Shown one piece after another: positions 10,001 through 19,000 of a stretch of 28,911 nucleotides of DNA. The notes under the pieces were generated by a model. It was not told where the DNA came from, searched no databases, and saw only the letters and a list, made by a program, of their open reading frames with translations. Location of the stretch: contig CM030934.1 of NCBI GenBank assembly GCA_018136815.1, positions 7,511,272 through 7,540,182 on the forward strand, read 5' to 3'. Position numbers and translations under genes: made by a program. Origin of the DNA: Isochrysis galbana (taxonomy: Eukaryota). Position 1 is the stretch's first letter. Every line of letters starts with the position of its first letter.

Positions 10001-13000
10001 TTTGGCGCAGCACTTGCTTTTCACGTCGCGCGCGCTGCGGGCGAGCTCGGCGCGCAGCCTCGTCGGATCGTGCTTGTCGACCCGCCGCCGGCAGTGCCAA
10101 GGGATCTGCCGGTGCCGCAGATGCTCTCGGAGCTCCGGTTGGCGGCAATGGGTGTGCTGCTGATTCATCTGCGGATCGAGATGGGGGCCGATGTGTGGAC
10201 GCGCTTCCCTCAACTCACGACGTTGCCAGAGGAGGCGCTCGGCTGCTTCGTGGCAGCCCAGTGCCTACCTCGAGGCGCATCACACGCCGAGGTATTGGAG
10301 CTTGCCTCCACATTCGAGCGGATGCTGCCCGTGTACCGTCAGTGCCGGCACGCTCTCCACACGCTCTCAGTCAACATCGAGCCCTTCTCGGGCATTGAGA
10401 GTGGGCATGAGCGAGCCATCTTGATGGCGCTATCCTCTGACCGTTGGCCCACGTGGTGCGAGATGTTCCCAGGCGTGACGGAGGACGCGCTCGCGCCGTA
10501 CGGCCCTGTTTTGTCGATGCGCCTGGCCGGCAAACACATTGATGTCGTGACGCGGTGCATCGGAAACCGCGAGCCCATCTTCACTGACGCGCTTGAAGGC
10601 TTCTTGGGATGCGATTCGCCCTCGACCTGGTGGGAGACGGAGCAGGGTGCTTCGAAGGGGCTGCTGGAGACGAGCCCACTCGTCCTTGGCGCTCGCGCGA
10701 ATTATACGGCACGAGGGCTACCAAGCTCAGCAGACCTTCGGCGCAACCACGCCGATGGGCTTGGAATGAGCCTTGCGTTGGCTCGCGCATCTGCTCTGTC
10801 CACGTTGCCGGCGATGGAGGGCGCGCTGCAGCTAGCGCGTCTGCAGTTGGCCCGTCGTCCCTACCCGTTGTGGGTTCTGAATGCTGGCGCCCAGCCATGT
10901 AGCCCCGCTTCCGTCTCGCGTCCCACATTTGGAGGCCTGCTCGGCCTCTTGCGCACGGTACACGCTGAGGCTGCAAGCGCCGCTGCTTGGCACCTAGACT
11001 GCTGCGGCGATCGTCTGCCTGAGTCGTTGGCGGTTGCGTCGTCTTCGCCTGCATCGGAGCCGGAGCTGTGCTTCGCCGGCCAGTCTGCGAGGGTGCCAAG
11101 GTTGGACCGTCTTGGCTCGACTGGTTCGCAAGCGCCGGCGGTCGACGGTGTGCATCTCATCTCTGGCGGCACGGGCGGCCTCGGCCTGCTCACGGGTAAG
11201 TGGCTCGGCCGCCAAGGTGCGGCGAGGGTCGCGCTGGCCTCCCGGAGTGGTCGCGTCGCGCAGGCGAGCAGATCCTTGATCGACCAAGCGGAACGTCTCC
11301 GATTATTGGCGTGTGCATGCGACGTAGCAGAGGTGTCTGACACGCGCCTTCTGCTCTCGTGTGTGGCTGGGTCTGGCGGCTCGGAGCTGAGGGGCGTGTG
11401 GCACGCAGCGGGTGTGCTCGCCGACTGTCTGATGCCCTCGCAAAGCGCTCTATCTTTCAGACGGGTGTTCGCGCCGAAAGCGCTCGGTGCTTGGAATCTC
11501 GAGCATGGATGCGCGCTGGCGCCGCTTGACGCGTGTGTGCTCTTCTCCTCAGTCGCTGCGTTGCTCGGAGGGAGTGGGCAAGCCAACTACTCCGCGGCCA
11601 ATTGCACACTCGATGCGACAAGTTGCCATCGACGGCTGGCGGGACGGAATGGATCATCGGTGCAGTGGGGTCCTTGGGCCGACGTCGGGATGGCGGCGGA
11701 GGCCTCGATCGGCGCACTCTTGCGCAGCTACGGGTTTGGCATGATTACGATGGCCGATGGCGCGCACGCGCTGGGAGCGTCACTTTCACCGCGGACGCCG
11801 ATGGTTCATGCGATGATGATCATTGAGTGGGATGTCTTCTCCACACAATTTGTTCATGCGTCGCGTCTTCTGTCCAACTTCACCATCGAAGCACAACGGA
11901 CGGAAAACAGCCATGAGGCGCATGTTGTTGTCCCTCGCGCTGTCGTCATCTCCCTCGACGAGGTGTTGGAAGTGGCCCGCTCGACCATCGGCTCGTCTTC
12001 ATCGTACATCGATGCCGACGTGCCGTTGATGGAGTCCGGCCTCGACTCGCTAGGTGTGGTTGAATTGAGGAGCCGGCTTCAAGCTCTTGTCGGTGACGCA
12101 GTTCTTCTTCCAGCGACCTTGGTCTTTGAGCAGCCAACTGCGCGCGCGATTGCTAGTCTTTTCGATGTTGCTCAAGAGGACCCCGCCGACATGCCCACTC
12201 CCGGCTTGGTGCGGAAGACTGACATCGCAGTGCAGGTTGCTGCAATGGCTGTCCATGGTCCTCGCGGAGCACACGACACCTCACTGCTGTGGCAGACGCT
12301 GTCCACGGGGCAAGACTGCATCACTTCTATCGACGCGTCGCGTTGGGGAGTCGAGGAGGCGGTTTTGTCCGAGTTGGCGCCTGGCGTTTCGCACATTCGA
12401 CACGGCGGCTTCATGCGCGATGCGGACTTGTTCGACAACGCATTCTTCTTCGTGTCGCCAGCCGAGGCGGCCATCATGGACCCAATGCAGCGCATTTTGC
12501 TTGAGAGGGGCTATGAAGCACTGCATGGGAGCGGCTACACGAGGGGCGACTTGGTCGGCTTGCCGATGGGCGTCTTTGTTGGCATATGGGCTTCAGAGTA
12601 TAGCGAGGTCATGTCGCGGAATGGTCATTTGACGAGTGGCTACGCTCCCACGGCCTTAGGTTGCTCAATGGCTGCTGGCCGCCTTTCGTTCGCCCTGGGG
12701 TTGCAGGGCCCTTGCCTCAGTATCGACACCGCATGCTCGAGCGGACTCGTAGCTGCTCACACAAGCCTGCGATCCTTAGAACGCTCAGAGTCCGTTGCTG
12801 CGCTATCTTGCGGCATCGGCATGATTTTCTCGCAGGTCGTGTCCCTTTCGTTCGCTAACGCAGGAATGTTGTCGACTCGAGGCCGCTGCCACACATTCGA
12901 CGCTCGCGCCGATGGGTATGTTCGTGGCGAGGGCTGCTACTCGATGCTGCTACGGAGTGCCGACGACGTCGAGAAGGCTGTGTTCGAGGGCGCGGCCGTG

Positions 13001-16000
13001 CAGCAGGATGGAAAGTCAGCGTCACTCACCGCTCCCAACGGCCAAGCCCAGCGGCAGCTCATCCGCGCGGCGCTTGCCGACGCATCGCTGCTCGAGTCCG
13101 ACTTGTTCGGCTACGAGGCTCACGGGACTGGGACCCCTCTCGGCGACCCGGTTGAAATTCGAGCCCTCGAAGCGTCCGTTCTAGTCCGCCGCGGTGGTGG
13201 TAGGCCGCTGGCTATCGGTTCGAGCAAAGCGAATTGGGGCCACGCGGAAGCCGCCGCAGGAGCCTGTGGCTTGGTTTGTCTCGGACTACGTCTCATGGCG
13301 GAGCAGGCACCTCCCAATGCGCAGCTCCGCATCATGAACGTGCACGTGGTCGAGACGATCGCCGGGTCACCTGGGGTGATGCCAGTGCAACTGCTTTCGC
13401 TAGCATCCCGGCAGACTCCCCGTCACGCGGGAAGCGTGTCGTCGTTCGGCTTGAATGGAACCATTGCACATGGTGTGATGAGCCGCAGCTGGCGAGACGT
13501 GAAGGTTGCGGACCTGACGGCACGATTCGCCTCGACTGCACCCGAGTTGCATCGCTGGCGTTTCACTTGGTCGGAGAGCGCGCATCCCTTTGCACTACAG
13601 CTGTTGAGCGAAAGCAAGAGCCGTCGTTACGCTTCTCCCGCGTTTGGTTCGCTCCGTGATATTGTTATTGACCACGTGCTGCACGGCCGTGTCGTGTTCC
13701 CGGCTGCTGGCTTTTTTGAGATGGTGCGAGCTGCGCTTCAGTCGTTTGCACTTCAACGTCGCGTTTGTTTTTTGCAGCTTTTGACACTTGACGACGCTAC
13801 ACCTTCCACAATCGTCATTTGCGAGGTATTCGTTGCCGACCGCTTTGAGGTGCGATCAGAGGGAGAGATACCGGGCTCAAGCACCGGCACTACCCACTGT
13901 GCGGGCAGCCTCGATCATGTCGCGGCACTTGATGGTCTGAGGAAGGCTAGCGTGACCGCGATAAGAAGGTACTGCGACGTGGCTTTGGATGTCGCGCTGA
14001 TTTACTCTACCTTTCGTGCTGCCGGGCTCGAATATGGTCGCGGGTTTCAGCAGCTTGGTCAAGTACATTGTTCGCCATCAGCCGGTATTCGTGTGGGAAG
14101 GCTGCACCGCCGCTCGCATCGTCAAGGCACTCTCGTTCACCCGGCAGACCTCGATGCCGGGTTGCAGCTCACCGCGTCGTTTTCGACATTCGCTTCTGAC
14201 GAGACGCGTTTGCCGTTCTCGGTGTCTGCCGCCGCATTGTATGGCGCGAGTGGGCATGTATGGTCGGTAGCCCAGCAGCAGGATGTCAGCACTACCGCCG
14301 TCTCGCTTGTTTGTCCGAAAGAACGAGTCCATGTGGGGGCGCTTATCGACGGGCTCGAAGCTCGTGTTCTCAAAGGACGTGCGCCGCGGACGACCGTGTC
14401 CGCATGCGAAAGCCGTCTTTTCGTCATCGAGTGGATGCCAAACGATAGTTTGCGTAGCGCGAATGACGCAAATACGTGGACAGCGCAGGTGGTATCGATG
14501 GCCCGTTGCACGATGCATAGTCAGCAACAGATGAACGGCAAGAGTGATTTCGCGGCGACAGTTTCAAAAATTTCTGTGAGCTCGGACGTTCGGCGCAACC
14601 ACGCCGATGGGCTTGGAATGAGCCTTGCGTTGGCTCGCGCATCTGCTCTGTCCACGTTGCCGGCGATGGAGGGCGCGCTGCAGCTAGCGCGTCTGCAGTT
14701 GGCCCGTCGTCCCTACCCGTTGTGGGTTCTGAATGCTGGCGCCCAGCCATGTAGCCCCGCTTCCGTCTCGCGTCCCACATTTGGAGGCCTGCTCGGCCTC
14801 TTGCGCACGGTACACGCTGAGGCTGCAAGCGCCGCTGCTTGGCACCTAGACTGCTGCGGCGATCGTCTGCCTGAGTCGTTGGCGGTTGCGTCGTCTTCGC
14901 CTGCATCGGAGCCGGAGCTGTGCTTCGCCGGCCAGTCTACGAGGGTGCCAAGGTTGGACCGTCTTGGCTCGACTGGTTCGCAAGCGCCGGCGGTCGACGG
15001 TGTGCATCTCATCTCTGGCGGCACGGGCGGCCTCGGCCTGCTCACGGGTAAGTGGCTCGGCCGCCAAGGTGCGGCGAGGGTCGCGCTGGCCTCCCGGAGT
15101 GGTCGCGTCGCGCAGGCGAGCAGATCCTTGATCGACCAAGCGGAACGTCTCCGATTATTGGCGTGTGCATGCGACGTAGCAGAGGTGTCTGACACGCGCC
15201 TTCTGCTCTCGTGTGTGGCTGGGTCTGGCGGCTCGGAGCTGAGGGGCGTGTGGCACGCAGCGGGTGTGCTCGCCGACTGTCTGATGCCCTCGCAAAGCGC
15301 TCTATCTTTCAGACGGGTGTTCGCGCCGAAAGCGCTCGGTGCTTGGAATCTCGAGCATGGATGCGCGCTGGCGCCGCTTGACGCGTGTGTGCTCTTCTCC
15401 TCAGTCGCTGCGTTGCTCGGAGGGAGTGGGCAAGCCAACTACTCCGCGGCCAATTGCACACTCGATGCGACAAGTTGCCATCGACGGCTGGCGGGACGGA
15501 ATGGATCATCGGTGCAGTGGGGTCCTTGGGCCGACGTCGGGATGGCGGCGGAGGCCTCGATCGGCGCACTCTTGCGCAGCTACGGGTTTGGCATGATTAC
15601 GATGGCCGATGGCGCGCACGCGCTGGGAGCGTCACTTTCACCGCGGACGCCGATGGTTCATGCGATGATGATCATTGAGTGGGATGTCTTCTCCACACAA
15701 TTTGTTCATGCGTCGCGTCTTCTGTCCAACTTCACCATCGAAGCACAACGGACGGAAAACAGCCATGAGGCGCATGTTGTTGTCCCTCGCGCTGTCGTCA
15801 TCTCCCTCGACGAGGTGTTGGAAGTGGCCCGCTCGACCATCGGCTCGTCTTCATCGTACATCGATGCCGACGTGCCGTTGATGGAGTCCGGCCTCGACTC
15901 GCTAGGTGTGGTTGAATTGAGGAGCCGGCTTCAAGCTCTTGTCGGTGACGCAGTTCTTCTTCCAGCGACCTTGGTCTTTGAGCAGCCAACTGCGCGCGCG

Positions 16001-19000
16001 ATTGCTAGTCTTTTCGATGTTGCTCAAGAGGACCCCGCCGACATGCCCACTCCCGGCTTGGTGCGGAAGACTGACATCGCAGTGCAGGTTGCTGCAATGG
16101 CTGTCCATGGTCCTCGCGGAGCACACGACACCTCACTGCTGTGGCAGACGCTGTCCACGGGGCAAGACTGCATCACTTCTATCGACGCGTCGCGTTGGGG
16201 AGTCGAGGAGGCGGTTTTGTCCGAGTTGGCGCCTGGCGTTTCGCACATTCGACACGGCGGCTTCATGCGCGATGCGGACTTGTTCGACAACGCATTCTTC
16301 TTCGTGTCGCCAGCCGAGGCGGCCATCATGGACCCAATGCAGCGCATTTTGCTTGAGAGGGGCTATGAAGCACTGCATGGGAGCGGCTACACGAGGGGCG
16401 ACTTGGTCGGCTTGCCGATGGGCGTCTTTGTTGGCATATGGGCTTCAGAGTATAGCGAGGTCATGTCGCGGAATGGTCATTTGACGAGTGGCTACGCTCC
16501 CACGGCCTTAGGTTGCTCAATGGCTGCTGGCCGCCTTTCGTTCGCCCTGGGGTTGCAGGGCCCTTGCCTCAGTATCGACACCGCATGCTCGAGCGGACTC
16601 GTAGCTGCTCACACAAGCCTGCGATCCTTAGAACGCTCAGAGTCCGTTGCTGCGCTATCTTGCGGCATCGGCATGATTTTCTCGCAGGTCGTGTCCCTTT
16701 CGTTCGCTAACGCAGGAATGTTGTCGACTCGAGGCCGCTGCCACACATTCGACGCTCGCGCCGATGGGTATGTTCGTGGCGAGGGCTGCTACTCGATGCT
16801 GCTACGGAGTGCCGACGACGTCGAGAAGGCTGTGTTCGAGGGCGCGGCCGTGCAGCAGGATGGAAAGTCAGCGTCACTCACCGCTCCCAACGGCCAAGCC
16901 CAGCGGCAGCTCATCCGCGCGGCGCTTGCCGACGCATCGCTGCTCGAGTCCGACTTGTTCGGCTACGAGGCTCACGGGACTGGGACCCCTCTCGGCGACC
17001 CGGTTGAAATTCGAGCCCTCGAAGCGTCCGTTCTAGTCCGCCGCGGTGGTGGTAGGCCGCTGGCTATCGGTTCGAGCAAAGCGAATTGGGGCCACGCGGA
17101 AGCCGCCGCAGGAGCCTGTGGCTTGGTTTGTCTCGGACTACGTCTCATGGCGGAGCAGGCACCTCCCAATGCGCAGCTCCGCATCATGAACGTGCACGTG
17201 GTCGAGACGATCGCCGGGTCACCTGGGGTGATGCCAGTGCAACTGCTTTCGCTAGCATCCCGGCAGACTCCCCGTCACGCGGGAAGCGTGTCGTCGTTCG
17301 GCTTGAATGGAACCATTGCACATGGTGTGATGAGCCGCAGCTGGCGAGATGTGAAGGTTGCGGACCTGACGGCACGATTCGCCTCGACTGCACCCGAGTT
17401 CCATCGCCGACGCTTTGCGTGGTCTCAAGGGGCGCGTCGCCGAGCGCGTCCGACGGCCAGCTCTCCTACGTTTGCAGCATCGAAGATGTATTGTATCTCA
17501 TGGCGTGACATCGACCCCGCGGTGGCGCCGTTCTCCTCCGATCCATTGCTCGACCTCGTCGCTCCCTCACCTCTCTGTGCGAGTGCGGAGGAGGCGCTCA
17601 TTTTGGCGGAGCGGCCGACGCTGCCACCCGGCGACGGCTCGCTGGTCTCTCTGACTCTACACCGCGACACCCGCGTCGCGGTGCTCGAACTGAATGACCC
17701 GGAGCACTTCAACGCGCTCAGCGGTGAGATGGCAGCCGATATGCTGCGGGCCGTGCTGTGGCTCCGTGCGCAGCCGGCTTCGACGGTCGGCTCAGTGGTC
17801 GTGCAGGGCAGAGGGCCGCACTTCTGCCCTGGTGGCAACCTGTACAAGTTGCGGCGTGGCAGCTCGGGGAGGATGACGGAGTCGGCCAGGAGCTCCGTGG
17901 ACTTATTCGCTGGTTTCGTCGCTCTGCGAACCCTGTCTGTTCCTGTCGTGAGCGCGGTGCACGGCACTGTGCTCGGAGGCGGGCTCGCAATTGCCTTGCT
18001 CACCGACTGTGTAGTAGCGTCAAAAGACGCCACCTTCCAGCACGGCGAGCTCACGCGGGGTCTGACACCCGCGGGTCTGCTGACTCGGAGCCTTGCTGAG
18101 GCCGTCGGTCCCGTCGCGGCCATGAGGCTCTACTTGCGCGACGAGGAAGTCGGGACGGGAGAGGCGCTTTCCCTCGGGCTTGTGCAGCACGTTTGCGACA
18201 CGCCAGAGCAAGCACAGGCGATGGCGTCAGCGCTAGCCGCAGGCGCTGTTGCCGCGCGCGAGGTGGGCGTGCGTGCTCTTTCGTTGTCGGAGCGCCGCAT
18301 TCTCGCGTCGGAGGCTTGGTCGCAAGCCAAGTCTGCGGCGGGCGCCCGCCGCGCTCCAGTGGCTGTCAGCCCTTCGCGACCGAATCTCGTGTGGACGTCG
18401 CTGCCTGCGGTGGATGACGCGGCCAAGTCGGTGCCCCCGATTCGCGTCGCCTGTGACGACGATTCGGGCGTGAGTGCAATCGAGTTCTCTTGCGCTCAAT
18501 GCGCAGCTGTCGTAGCAGCACAGCTCGAAGCCGCGTTCGAGGCGATACGCAACCGGACCCGCCGCGTGCTTGCGCTCGTCTTGTGCAGTGCAACCTGGCA
18601 AGACGTGGAGACCGCGAGCATCGAGGAGCTCTTGTCTGTCCTCACAAGGTTGCGATCCCTGCGCATCCCGCTCATCAGCGTGGTGCATGGCAGCGTGTGC
18701 GGGCTCGGCTTGCTGGCTTGCGAGGCCTGCGACTACAGGATTGGGGACGGATCGAGCACCGCGGCGGCAGCTCACCTGATTCACGAGGCCGCGCCCAACC
18801 TTGATGCGGCCTGGGAGCGTGCCCTTGAGTTTGCGGCGTGGCTCGCAGCGCAGCCGTCTGTTGGGCTTGCAGGCACTCTGGAGTTGATGCGCCTCCCGTT
18901 GCAGGGCGCAGGGATGATTTCTAGTCCACGCCAAGCGCTGCGAAACGCGTTGCGACCGCCACTTCCTGCGCGTGCCGCGCGGGTATCCTCTGTCGTCGAC

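Larger units (their letters stand above)
7080..12767 (+). repeat. Repeat unit U copy 1 (5688 nt): KS C-half, ECH1, ECH2, ABH, KR, ACP, KS N-half
   Basis: The sequence TGCGATCCTTAGAACGCTCAG recurs at 7080 and 12768, an exact in-frame period of 5688 nt (1896 codons). Confidence 0.88.
10737..13548 (+). repeat. 2812-nt KR-ACP-KS repeat, copy A
   Basis: Constant 3852-nt offset to 14589-17400 with only scattered substitutions noticed. Confidence 0.9.
14589..17400 (+). repeat. 2812-nt KR-ACP-KS repeat, copy B
   Basis: Mate of 10737-13548; begins at TTCGGCGCAACCACGCCG and ends at CTGCACCCGAGTT. Confidence 0.9.

Noticed and set aside
9740-10600. Chain-terminating thioesterase marking the end of a PKS protein
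   Set aside because: It is followed in frame by KR, ACP and further KS modules and occurs in several modules, so a terminal release role is not supported by position.
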